Origin: Thecamonas trahens ATCC 50062
Lineage: Eukaryota; Protista; Apusomonadida
Length of the DNA: 64,000 bases
Direction: 5' to 3'
Assembly: GCF_000142905.1 (NCBI RefSeq)
Contig: NW_013657674.1
Span: 342,709 to 406,708, forward strand
Part shown: positions 32,825-45,500 of the stretch, in pieces
Position numbering within the stretch: position 1 is the stretch's first letter
Layout: every line of letters starts with the position of its first letter
Notes under the pieces: generated by a model
Databases searched by the model: none
What the model was told of the DNA's origin: nothing
The model's input: the letters and a program-made list of their open reading frames with translations, nothing else
Made by a program: the position numbers and the translations under genes

Positions 32825-34914
32825 ATGGCGCGGCGGAAGAGCAAGAAGAGCAAAAAGGGCAAGAAGGGAAAGGGCAAGGACAAGGACAAGAGCCCCAGCT
32901 CGAGTGAAGAGTCAACTAGAGCCGATTCCAGCTCTAACCTCTCATCCTCCGCCAGTGAGGCATCGTCTCGCAGTCCGCGGCCCACCAAGCCTACCCTCTG
33001 GTCCGAGTACGGCTCCGACTCGGTTCTCGAGACGGCCGTTGGCGTCAAGCCCATGTCGCGGCTCGGCCGCGGCCGGCAGAAGTACGCGCTGAGGAGAGAG
33101 AGGGTGTACTGGGCAGTGGTGCCATTGGCTATTTCCAGACAGGGGAGGGGGAGGGGAGGACTCACAAAGTGGTGGTGGTGAACGTGGTGGTGGTGGTGGT
33201 GGTGCGTAGGGTGGCGTCCAAGGCGCTGCGCAAACTGGAGCATGTCCGCTTCCTCCCGCCTTCACACCTTGCGACTTGGAAGGCCATGCGCGACTCATCA
33301 CTGCTTGCATCGCGGGCGGCGCTGATTGAGCTTGGCCTGTTTGTCTTGCTAGCGGTTGTCACGCCGCTGTACCTGGTGTCTGTCGGATGGCTAGAGGTCT
33401 TTCTCATGCCCATGGCCATGTTCCGCGGCCTGATGGGCCTCCGCGAGGCCGCCGAGCACGTCTTCCACCTTGTGTTTGGCCTCTTTGCCACGGCGGCACT
33501 GGTGGCGCTCACCGTCGGCGTGGCATACTTCCACGAGACAACGGCGGATAACATCGAGATCTTTGGCCCGATCGTGCTCTACCTTGCCTGCGGCTGGCTG
33601 TACTTTACCACCTCGCGGCAGGTGTTTGTGGACGACCGGCATCGCACACGATCGGCATCCTGGGACGCGCTGACGTCACCGCACTCGGCCTTTCACACGC
33701 TGTACAAGCTGTGGTGCTGCCCGGCGCCGCGGGCAGCCTGGTCCGACAAGAACTCGTTCCTCTACGCCGGCTCGCTGTCGTCGGACGACAGCGGGGGCGA
33801 CCAGAGCATCTCGGTTGCGTCGGATGACGGGGCCAAGAAGACGCCGTACGTGTCGCAGTACTTGCCGTCGCTCTCGTACGATGAGGGCGATGACGAGCTC
33901 GCGTCGGCTGGCCGGTACGACTCGGACGAGCCGCTCGCGGTCTCGTCGTCGTACTCGGCGCTCCTCGAGTCATCGTACTCGGAGCTCCGCAACGCGGAGT
34001 CACAGCTTGATCTCACGCGCAACCACTTTCTCAAGCTCATTGAGCGCTACGTCCACTACACCTCGTTTGGCAATTTCGTGTACTTTGTGGTCCTTCCGGC
34101 GCTCGGCGCACTCCTGCAGGCCTTTCTTATTCCGTGGCACCGGGCCGCCGACGGCGAGCGCTTTGCTCCGTCGACGGTCATCTTTGTGGCGGCGTTCTTC
34201 TCGTTTGTGGTCGGCACCTTTTTCGTGCTCTCGTACGTGGCGCGCGGCCTGCGCGAGTTCTCGCACGCCGCCGCGGCCTTTGAGGCATTTGCTGCCTTTT
34301 ACACCTCGCCGGACACGCCGCTGATCAAGACCAAGTCGTCATCGGCCAAGTCGGGCACTCGCTGGGCCTTTACCATCGATTCCATCTCGTCGATGAACCT
34401 GTTTGTGGCTGTCAAGTCACGGCTGCAGATGCGCGCTGCCTTTGCGGCGGCCAACCTGACCGGTGCTGCTGTCCTCGCCGTCACCTTCCTCCTTGCCCTC
34501 ACCTTTGCCAACGTTGTCATTGTCTTTGGTCGCTCCGTCTCGGACCGGTCCGGCGCCATCAACGTCGTCTCGCTTCTCGACATTCCGCTCGCTGCCGGCA
34601 TCCTCATCTGGATGATCCGAACCGCGCTGCGGATTGAGGCCGTCAAGCGCGCCGACGACGCCTGGCTCACTGCCCGTCGCTACGACCTGCTCCGCAAGAA
34701 GGAGGCCGTCGAGGCCGGCAAGATCTCATCGCGCTCCTCGCCCGAACTCATGGCCGTCGTCGCCAACATGCTCGACAACTTTGCCTCGTCCACCGAGGTC
34801 AAGGCCCCGCTCCACGTCCTCGGCAACACCATGTCCGGCGAGCTCGTCAACGTCGTCGTCATCCTCGCCGTCGCCGGCTTTGGCTCGGCCTTTCTCAAGA
34901 TCGTCAACTTTTAG
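32825..34914 (+). CDS. Hypothetical multipass membrane protein; exons 32825-33081, 33210-34914
   Basis: Lys-rich N-terminal exon, GTACGC...TAG phase-2 intron in frame, about 8 TM segments and an acidic Ser-rich loop. Confidence 0.65.
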
Positions 34915-35104
34915 TGATGCATTTGATCTACATTGAACCGCCCCCCGCCCTCCACCCATCCGTCGCGCCGCCGACCGCTCGTCAAACGCCGCCCGTCGAA
35001 CAGCACGCCCGCCACCGACCGACCGACCAAGAAGCAGTGAGTCCCTGCTGGCCCGGCCCGCGGCCTTGCGTCTCGGCCTCAAGCCACTCGACTGAAGACA
35101 GAGA

Positions 35105-36378
35105 ATGTTCCGGCTTCCTGTTGCGTCTGCACTCTCTGCCGGCCTGCGGAGCCAGAGCGCTGCCCGCACCTTTGCTGCCCTTTCTGGTACGTGTAGTAGC
35201 TCGCAGAAGCCCCCCGCAGACGCGGGTGGTGACCTTGGGCCGCTGCGACGGCCAAAAAATTGAAGGCCACCGTCGTAGAGCGCGACCAGCATGGGCTATG
35301 CCGATGGCTAGCGCGCAGCTATGACCAGTCAAGCACGTGGTAGCGGTAGACTGTAGGCGCTTTGGCGGCCGCCTCCATCTGCAGCTTGCTAGCGCAGCCT
35401 GGTGCGTCAGGAGGGCTGGTGACTTGCGGCGGGCGTGTCGCGTTTGGCTGTTCGAGGCGGCAAAAATCACCATCCTTGCCCGTAGTCAGCGGAAGGGTGT
35501 GCGGGCTACGGGGAAGGAAAGAGCGGAGCATGATGAGAAAGGGACTAACTTGGAGCTGCGTTGCTGTGTGGGGTGCTCTGGGTGGGTGCATAGGCGCTGG
35601 TGCTGCGGCTGAGACGCTCTCGCGCAAGGAGCAGAACGAGGTGCTGAAGAAGGCGCTCGACGAGCACAAGGCGACGGTGGCGGAGCTCGAGGTCGCCCAC
35701 GACGAGGAGACGACCAAGGCCCTTGGCGAGCTGGACGCCTTCATCCTGGGTGATGTGGAGGGCGGTAAGCTGCCGGACCCTGAGGCGTACGTGGCGCCCG
35801 ACTTTGGCAAGGCCCAGGGCCGCGAGCTGTTGGCCAAGGTGCTCGAGCGGTCGCGCGAGGTCGACTGGAACGGCATGGCCGAGGGCCTTGACGCCAACTC
35901 GCGCGAGGAGCTCGCTCGCTTCCGCTCGATTGTGGCCGACATGGAGAAGGAGATGACCCGTGTGTACAACGAGTACGAGTACTCGATCGACTTTGAGGAG
36001 TGGAAGACCAAGATCGACCCGCAGCTTGTGTCGGACGTCCAGAAGATCGTCTCCGGCCTCAAGGTCCCGTCGTTCGAGTCGCTCGCTGCCCAGGCCGACG
36101 ACGCTCTCGCCGATCTCGATGCCCAGCTCAACGCCATCAACAAGGAGGCCACCGCCACTCTCAAGGATGCCGAGGTCCGCTACGCCCAGCTCGCCGCCGA
36201 GCGCGAGGGCCTGCGCGACATGGCCCGCGACTCGGTCTTTGGCACCACCGTCGATGATGTCCTCGACAAGAACCCGCTCATGGCCGACGAGATCAAGGCC
36301 AACATCGAGGCCGACAAGTGGGACACCCCGACCCAGTGGGACAACGCCGAGGCTGCCTCCAAGTCGCTCCAGAAGTGA
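35105..36378 (+). CDS. ATP5PD: Mitochondrial ATP synthase subunit d-like; exons 35105-35186, (35357-35401), 35594-36378
   Basis: Presequence [45 protein letters not shown] and [19 protein letters not shown] match subunit d. GACTAAC branch point near 35544. Confidence 0.7.
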
Positions 36379-36625
36379 ACACACACATCCTGCCCCTCGT
36401 TTCTCCTTTGCACCGGGAAGCACCACACTCACACGCCGCACACAACCGAGTTCATGCCCTTGTAATGAGCGAGCCCATCCTCCACACACTTCCCCCCCCC
36501 CTCCCCCCGCCCTCCAACTCGCATCGATCACCACGACCCAACAACCGGGCGGCGACCTCTGCCCGGACGACGACCAGCCGCTGCGCCAGCCACTGCAACC
36601 CGCCACACTCAACCACCGCCAAACC

Positions 36626-37803
36626 ATGTTCCTTACACGGTACGCCACACTCACTCACTATCGTCACCCACCCTCCTCTTTCCCCTCTTTCTTCTTCTTC
36701 CTTCCCCCTTCCCCCCCCCCTCTCTATCCACCCACACGTCCCCGACCAAACTAGGGTTTGTAGCCAGTCGTCGATCAGGTCGCCCTGCTCCCCTCTCCCC
36801 CCCCCCCATGCACTCACACTACACACTCACATACCCGTACTCTCCCTCCTTCGTGCGCATAGGTCCGAGTACGACCGCGGAGTGAACACCTTCTCGCCCG
36901 AGGGCCGGCTGTTCCAGGTCGAGTACGCCGTGCAGGCTATCAAGGTACGCTTGTGTTGCGGGAGGGTGGCGGGGGTGGCAGGAGAAGGTGTGTGCCAGTG
37001 ACAGTGTGAGGTCGCCCAGGTTTTTCGACTGCGAGGAAGACAGCCATGAAGAGCGGGTGGGTGTGGGTGTGGTGGGGGGGGGGGGGGGAGTAGGTATGGA
37101 AGTGCGGTGAGGATGGATACTTATGAAGAGTGCGGTTGGTGGATGGGCGGGGTCGGTGGATGGGGTGTAGCTGGGCTCGACGGTCATCGGGATCCAGACG
37201 CCCGAGGGTGTGGTCCTGGCGGCGGAGAAGCGGCTCTCGTCGCCGCTGCTCGAGCCGTGGTCGGTGGAGAAGATTGTTGAGATCGACTCGCACATCGGCT
37301 GTGGTATGTCGGGACTCACTGGCGACGGGCGGACGCTCGTGGAGCGCGCGCGGGTGGAGACGCAGTCGCATCGGTTCACCTTTAACGAGCCGATGTCGGT
37401 GCTGGCCACGACCCAGGCAGTTTGCGATGTGGCACTCTCGTTTGGCGACCGCGACGCCGAGGACAAGCCGATGTCGCGGCCGTTTGGCGTGGCGTTGCTC
37501 TTTGCCGGCGTGGACGAGAACGGGCCGGTCCTGTACCAGACTGACCCGTCCGGCACGTTCCTGCAGTACAAGGCTGTGGCCATCGGCGCCGCGTCCGAGG
37601 GCGCGAACAACCACCTTGAGGAGCAGTACAACCCAGAGATGACGCTCGAGGAAGCCATCCGCTGTGCGCTCTCGATCCTCAAGCAGGTGATGGAGGACAA
37701 GATCTCGGACATCAACGTCGAGGTCGGTGTTGTTCCGGTCGAGACCGGCCTCTACCGCATCATGGATGCCGAGGAGATCCAGGGCCACCTGGAGGCGTTG
37801 TAG
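36626..37803 (+). CDS. PSMA5: 20S proteasome subunit alpha-5; exons 36626-36639, 36863-36944, 37171-37803
   Basis: [53 protein letters not shown]. Confidence 0.97.
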
Positions 37804-38008
37804 GCCATGCAGTTCCAGCCGCCGCTGCAAACTAGGATAAAGAGGGTGTGAACCGTGGCCCAGCGTCTCTCCCCTCCCACGATGAACCGCACACGTCCCG
37901 CCCAAGCTTGCCGTTCCTGACAAGCGTGGTTGAAAGCGGTTGTGGCTTGGTGACAGAGGCCAGGGCCGGGGCAGAGGCTATACTTGACGCCAATCTCTAG
38001 GCACCAGC

Positions 38009-41000
38009 ATGGGTCTGAGGTTGTGGCAGCAGCTGGCGAGGATGGTGGTGGTGGTGGCAGTGGTGGTGGCGGCGGCCGAGGTGTGCGCCGGGCAGTGTGC
38101 GGCCAAGACGGTGCTGACGGCTGTCCGCCATGAACAGAGGTCGTTCACCGACGGCACCTCGCCTTCCACCACCTACGGCCACTCGCTCTCGTGCGCATGG
38201 CTGTTGGAGGCCGAGAATGCGACAGACGTGGTCAATCTGGAGATTGTGAGGTTACAGACCGAATGCGGCTGGGATGCGGTCTTTGTCTACGACGGTCCAG
38301 ACCGCGACGCCCCGCAGCTCGCCGCCCTCTCCGGCCAGCTCACCCCTCACACTGTCGTGGTCTCGACAGGCCGGTACATGCTCGTCCACTTTCACTCAGA
38401 CCTCAACGAAGCGCGGTTTGGCTGGGAGCTTGCATACTCTTCATCGCCATGCCCGGCCAACTGCTCGGGCCTGGACGTGTGCGGAAGCGGCGCCGTGTGC
38501 AACTGCCCGCCCGGGCTCGCTGGCCCGGCATGTGCGTCGCCGGCAAGCCTACCTGCTCCCGCACCGAGCACGCCCTGGCAGGTCCGAGTCGGCCCGTCGG
38601 GGTTACCCGCAACATGGCTCGTCCTCAGATCCCGCACGCCCGATCCGGCGCGAACGTGATGTGCGGCGGTGCCGAGTGCGTCTTGTTTGGCGGCGAGTCG
38701 CTCGACGCCCGGACGTTTGCCGACGTTTGGCACCTCGACGCGCCGCCATCGAGCTCGGATCCATGGTTGTGGACGGCGCTTGCGCCGCTGCCGGCTGATG
38801 GTGATGACACAAGCGGATTTCCGGTCCCGGTCACCTTTGCAGCCGCGAGCGTGGTGAATGAGACGCTGCGAGTGGCAGGCGGGCGCAAGGCGTCGGGCGA
38901 TCCGTCAGGCGAGATGTGGGAGCTGACCGGGGTCGGCAGCGAAGCGACTGTTGGCAACTGGACCTTTGTGGCGGTGCCGGACCCTGTCGACACCAGTCAT
39001 CCAAGCCAGGTTTACGCCGCGGCGAGCGCCGTCCTAGCGTCGGAGAGCACCTGGTTTGTCTTTGGCGGGTATCTGCCAGACGGCGGGTTTTCGGACAAGC
39101 TGTGGGCATGGCAGCTCGGCAGCGGAGACACCGGGTTTGAGCTCGTGGCAACGCTTGCGGGCGTCCGTCCCGAGCCACGGGCGCATGCCTCGCTGACGCC
39201 GGTCACGCTGGGACGCAACGCGACCGAGCCAGACGCGCTAATGCTGTTTGGAGGAACCGAGCTGCTTGTAGCGTACACATCTGACGTGTGGTTGTACTAC
39301 CCCGCTCGGGCGCAGTGGGCGCGGATCATGGGCTCTGGAACAGCCGGCACGCCGCAGCCGCAGTATGGGCAGCTCGCGCTGCCGTACACTGCTAGATCAG
39401 GCGCGTCGTACGTGTTCTTGCTGTTTGGCAAGGAGTCGCCGCAGTTTCTCTCGCACGAGTGCTACGCCAACGATGTAATGGTCTTTGACGTGGCGCGGGG
39501 GCTGTGGCACACATTGCCGCCGGTGCCGGCGACGGCAGCGCCACTTGCACGGACGATGAGTAGCGGCGGTGTGGTTGCCACCAGCAACTACACATCGCTG
39601 GTGGTAGTCGGCGGCTTCCACGGAGTGAGTCTCGACGACGTGTGGGAGTACAAGCTCGCGTTGTGCGCTGAGGGGGATGAATGCCCGTATGGGTCGCCAC
39701 TGCACCCGCCGCCGTCGCGGTGCGTGCGGCACAGCGAGTGCACAGCGTGCGCCGGCGATCCGGGCTGCGGATGGTGCGCTGAGACTGGGCTCTGCGAGGC
39801 AGAGGCCGGCTCGTGCTCGAGCTGGCTCGAGACGACGTGCCCGGCCGACGAGTGCTCTGCGCACACGAGCTGTGTTGACTGCGTAGCAGATCCGGGCGGG
39901 ATGGGATGCTCGTGGTTTGCAGGAACGCAGAGCTGCGGGAGCGGGTCAGGCGGGGCTAGCGAGTGCCCGCTGCCGTGCACCCAGAGGCAGTCGTGCGAAG
40001 ACTGTATTGCCGACAGCAGTTGCCAGTTCTGCCCAAACAACTTCCGGTGCACCGATGCGAACACGTTTTCAATCTGCGGCACGTCTGTGTTGGAGGCTGG
40101 TGACAGCTGCCCGGCCAAGTGCGAGGCGCAGAGCAGCTGTGCTACTTGCACCGACTCGGCGATCGCTCAGGGCTGCATGTGGTGTGGGCGAATGGAGAGC
40201 TGTATTCTCCTGTTCACGTACCAGGGCGTCTCACCGTATGCCGATTGCTTCGACTGGGTGTTTGGCGCGAACACATGCCCTGTGGGGTGCGAGCAGCACG
40301 CCGAGTGCGGGACGTGTACTGCAGATCCAAGCTGCGGCTGGTGCCCCAACAGCGGCAAGTGCGTCGCGGGCGACTTTTCGGGGCCGGACAACGGCGAGTG
40401 TGGGTCAGAATACGCGGGGCCGGACGTGACTCCGCTGGATCTGGAGTGGGACTTTGTGGCGTGCGCGTGCGCCGGGACGAGCGAGTGTGGAGCGTGTGTG
40501 GAAGACCCGCGGTGCGGGTGGTGTGCAACAACAGCGAGGTGTCACCGAGCCAACGGAACGGACGTGCTCGAGTGGGACGCGGTCTGTCCCGAGGCGTTTG
40601 ATGTCGGCGAGTGCCACAACTGCACAGCCGTGGCCGAGGCCAACGGTGCGCTGGGCTGCGCTAGCTGCACCAGCGATCTCAAGTGCGGATGGTGCGAGGC
40701 GAGTGGTGAGTGCCTTCGCGGCGGACCGTCGGGCTCTGCGCTCTGCCCATCAACGCCAGTGCTTGCGGGATGGGACTACGGGCAGTGCCGAAGCTGCCCG
40801 ACCGAGGCAGAGTGCGAGGAGTGCACGGCGGAGAGCCACTGCGGGTACTGCGTGGTGGAGGACAAGTGCGTGCGCGGCGACACGCTCGGCCCGTTTGGCG
40901 GGCAGTGCGGTGTGAGGAGCGGATGGGACTACAGCGCGTGCAACACGTTCTGCCAGAAGAAGCATGCGACGTGCTCAGAGTGTGTGGCTGACGACAAGTG

Positions 41001-42089
41001 CGGGTGGTGCTGCGATAGCGGAACGTGCTCGGCCGGCGAGATGTGCGTCAACTTTCACGAGACGGCGTGCCCAACTGTACCGACGCGAGCAGTTGTGGCG
41101 AGTGCTCGTCGTCGAGCTGCTGTGAGTGGTGCGTGGGTCTCGACGACGGCCCGACGTGCGTGACAGCGCTCGGCGGCGGGGCGCCGACGGCAGGCGTCGG
41201 GCTCTGCCTTGGCGATGGCATTGCGGCGTGGTCCGACGGCTACTGCCCGGCAGACTGCAGCCAGGGGGTGACCTGCGAGTCGTGTGCAATTTTGGACCAC
41301 TGCGGATGGTGCGGAGACGTAGGCGAGTGCAGAACGCTGCTGTCGCTCGAGACGCAGCCGTGCGCCAACTGGCTCTCGTCCCGGTGCGACATCGAGCTGC
41401 CGTACTCTGAAGCCATCGGCGGGCCTAGCGGCGTGACGGCTTCAGGTGTGCTGGTCATCTATGCGCTCACCTTTTTCATCGGCACAGTGTTTGGAGTCGG
41501 CATGCTGGTGTGTGTAGTGCGGCGGTTCGAAGACAACTTGCGCGGGCCCAACGCAGCGACGCTGATGCAGCAGCAGCGGGCGCTGCTCAACATGCGGGCT
41601 GCGCACGCGGCGCGCCAGCAGCAAGTCCCGCCGATTCTGCGGGTGGTGGTTCCGGCGCCTGGCGCGCCCGAGTCGGCCATCGACGTGCCGCCCGGCGCAA
41701 GCCAGCGCAAGTCTCAGCACTTTTGCGTGCAGGACGCGGCCGGCGAGGCGCCGGTGGTCTACGCTGTGCTGCGGCAGCCGACTGCGATGCGGAGCAGTGA
41801 TACTGCGTACTATGCCGGCGACGACGACGAGCAGCCGCCAGTCCGCGGCCTGGTGCTGGGCATGATGGTCGGCGGAGCGGCGGTGAGTGACAAGGCCAAG
41901 CGTGTGGCCCGCCACGGCGAGCTGGCGTCGCTGCCCTCGATGCCGAGCCTCCATCGCCTCCCTGCGTCCTCGGATGACGACAAGGTCAGCAGCAGGCCGT
42001 CGAGCGGTGGCGGAACGCGCGAAGAGCGTGGCGTCTCGGTCTCGATGTCGGGCGTGGTAGTGTCAGACGTGCCGGTGAGCCGTGTGTGA
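38009..42089 (+). CDS. Attractin/MEGF8-like receptor (signal peptide, CUB, EGF, Kelch, ~10 PSI repeats, TM); apparent 1-nt deletions near 38600 and 41071
   Basis: CUB (TECGWDAVFVYDG, HFHSDL), EGF, Kelch FGG repeats, repeated C..C.....CGWC, TM VLVIYALTFFIGTVFGVGMLVCVV. Three ORFs are joined by single-base homopolymer additions. Confidence 0.85.
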
Positions 42090-42545
42090 TGAATCATAAC
42101 AGAGTGAATATCGGCAAGGATAGGTTAATTGACAGCCGGCGGTGCGGAGGTATGTTGCGCCGCACTTTCGCAGGTGGCCAATTGCTGGCGGGGGGGGGGG
42201 GGGGGGGGGGAGGGGATGGCTGGTGACCCTTTGCGATGCATCAAGATAACCGAGCTGCAGCAATAGCCCAAGGTAGAGAGCGATGGCGTTCAGACACAAG
42301 CGGCCAAGGCTACGTGTCTGCTCAATGTCAAGTCCATGTCAGCAGGAAAGAAGGCCACACGCGTGGGCAATTTGCGGGAGAGAAACCAAAGTGTGTTGAC
42401 CCAGGTCATGCACGTCACAGTGAGACCGATCTCCACCCATCTCGCTTCACACGCAAGTGGGACGACACGAGAAGGGGGAGGGGGAATAGACGTCGCTGCA
42501 ACAGGACTCCCCGAGAAGGTCTGCATGCATTTAGGGTGTGTGACC

Positions 42546-45500
42546 ATGTTAGCCACACTCCTGCTGCTTGGGTGGCTATCCTTGGCTGGCGGACAGAGTG
42601 TTTGTTCGCCAAGCTGGCCAGGCAATTCATACGGCCTTCTCCCAAGGACCAGCCATACGCAGGGCTTTGTCTTTGAGTACGAGGCCCCAGACACAATGGC
42701 TGCTGCTACACTCTGCGGCGCTTTCTTTCGATACACTTCTGATCCAGGACCCATCATCTATGCCGTCTACGAGTCGTCATCGTCCGGACTCGCTTCCTTC
42801 ATCAAAGTGGTGCCCAACACTGCTGCCACCGTCACTTCGGCTGGCTCGAACAAGTGGAGCGTCGACTTTCCGATCCGATGGAGACTCAATGCCGGCAAGT
42901 ACTACGCGGTTGTGCTCTCCACGGATAGCGTTGGCTATCCGTTTGAATCGTATGTCTCGACCTTGCCTGACTCGTATTGCTCTGGCTGGGCCATGCGGTT
43001 CACCTCGGGTTTGGTCGGCGGAGGGTCGAATCCGCCGTCGTCGCTCACCAGCCTCTCGCAGAGCTCATCGTACATACCAGGCGGCGGGATCACCTTTTGC
43101 CCATCATGTCTTCCATTTCCAACAGCGCCGAGTGGCGGAACAGTGGTAGTGACGTCGTCTGTCGACGCCGACGCGCGAATGTCACCCGGCGACACGGCTG
43201 TGTACTCGTGCAATGCGCCGCGGAACCTGGTTGGCGCGCTGACTCGGACGTGTGGCTCGAGTGCAAGCTACGATTTTGCCGAGCCAACTTGCGTGTATCC
43301 CAGTCCGCCGCCACCAAGCCCACCGCCGCCGCCGCCAAGCCCGCCGCCACCAAGCCCACCGCCGCCGCCGCCGAGTCCGCCACCGCCCAGCCCGCCGCCG
43401 CCACCAAGCCCGCCGCCGCCAAGCCCACCGCCGCCGCCGCCGAGTCCGCCACCACCACCAAGCCCGCCGCCTCCAAGCCCACCGCCTCCAAGCCCACCGC
43501 CGCCGAGTCCGCCACCGCCCAGCCCGCCGCCACCAAGCCCACCGCCTCCAAACCCGCCTCCACCGCCAAGCCCGCCGCCCAGCCCGCCGCCAAGTCCTCC
43601 GCCGCCAAGCCCACCGCCTCCACCTCCTAGCCCTCCGCCGCCAAGCCCGCCACCGCCAAGCCCGCCCCCACCGCCGAGTCCGCCTCCGCCACGCGCACCG
43701 GGCCCGGTCATCGTGCAGCTGAGAGCGGCCGATCCCGACAACATCGATGAGGTGCTCTCTTCAGGCGACACGCTGACGCTCGTGTTTGACCGAGCAACGT
43801 CGAAGCCCGCTGTGAGCTCGACGGCTCAGCTCGACGCAGCGTTCTCTATTGCCACGGGCACGCTAGCGCCGACAACGCTCTCGGCCGGACTCTCGAGCTC
43901 ACTGAGCGGAACGTGGTCAGCTGACGGCACAACGCTGGAAATAACCATGGGAGCACCATCGTCGTTGGGCTACCCGATTCAGATTGGGTCGACGTACGTG
44001 ACACCAACAGGCTCGCCGGCCATCTACACAGCCAACGGTTGGTCGATGGCATCGTCAGCGCCATCAGAGCGGATGTCGGGCTCGTGGGGCTCGTTGGCAA
44101 GCACGCTGGTGGTGGTCGAAGCGACAACGTCACGGTTGACCCATCTGGACGGTACTCTGGCGCTGACCATTGACGACGTAGTCGAAGGCCGCTCGGCCGA
44201 GCTCCTTTTCCAACTGACCAAGGAGCCGAGTGCACCAGTCACGGTTGACATCTGGCTGGATGCAAGCAGCAATGTGCCGGCGGAGGCGAGCCGACCGCCG
44301 CATGCAAACATTGCATCGACAACCGACGCTGGTGGCGGAGGCGACGGTGTGGTCCGGCTCGTGTTTGACGCCAGTAACTGGAACGTGTTCCAGCGGGTCA
44401 TTCTCAGCGGTACTGCTGACCAACTAGCAGACGAGCCGAGTGCTGCGATCGAGTTGCGGATTGGAACGCTGCAGTCAGCCGACGCAGCATTTGCATCGGC
44501 GCTGCCGAGCGGTGCATCGATTGTGAGCCGGGTCATCGACGCGACGGCAAACGGCATTGTGATCACGCCGTTTGAGCTCGTCTCACCCATTCCGGCTGCG
44601 GTGCTGGCGGCCGAAGGTCTCCCTGCGTCGGCGCATGCAGTGGTGACTGAAGCCGGGCACGCAAGCTGTATGCAGGTGAGCATCATCTCCCAGCCGTGGA
44701 AGACTGGGCCAGAGATCGGGAGCTTGGCCAAGGCTGTTGTGTCAATCAGCGGCGGTGCGAGGGTCCAGATCCTGCGCGGGCCATGGAAGGAGAGTTTTCC
44801 CCAGGCGCCGTTCCGAGTTGAGGCGGGCGCGGGCATTGGCGCGCAGCCGTCACTGGTCCTTGAGTTTGTGGACGATGGCACCGGCGCGTGGGCCGAGGCG
44901 GTGAACGTGTGTGTGGTGGCGGTGACCGATGACGTGGCTGGCAACTCGGCAGATGTCACGGTCCAGGCCAGTGTGGTGGAGGCTGCAACGACGTCGATTG
45001 GCCACCGCGAGCTGGGGCCAGTCACTGCCGCCATCCGAGTTGCCTCGCTCAACTGGCCGATTGTGCAGACAAGTACGCCGCAAGTGGCGGCCATGGCCGG
45101 CTCGCAGGTCCGTTTTGTCGGGAAGAGCCTGTCAAGCGAAGTGACAGTGAGCGTGGCGTCACAGCTGGGCCAAGTCGATCCGCGGAACACCAGCGTAGCG
45201 GGTGACGGAAGCTGGATCACTGTGGTCACGCCGCTTGTGGAGAGCAAAGGGTACAACAAGGTGACGTTCCGTGAACCTATGGTCGGAATGAGCGCCAGCT
45301 ACTATGACTTGTTCTTCACCGACGATTGCCCCTACGAGGGCCAGTTTGGCCGTGGGACAGCATGCGCTCCGTGCCCGACGGGAGCGGTATGTCCGGGAGG
45401 CTTCCGGCTCTGGCCCAAGCCGGGATACTGGACGCCGAGCGAGGACGCCGGGTTTGTGGTGCCATGCGCGGCGCCTGCGACGGAGCGATGCGTGGGTGGA

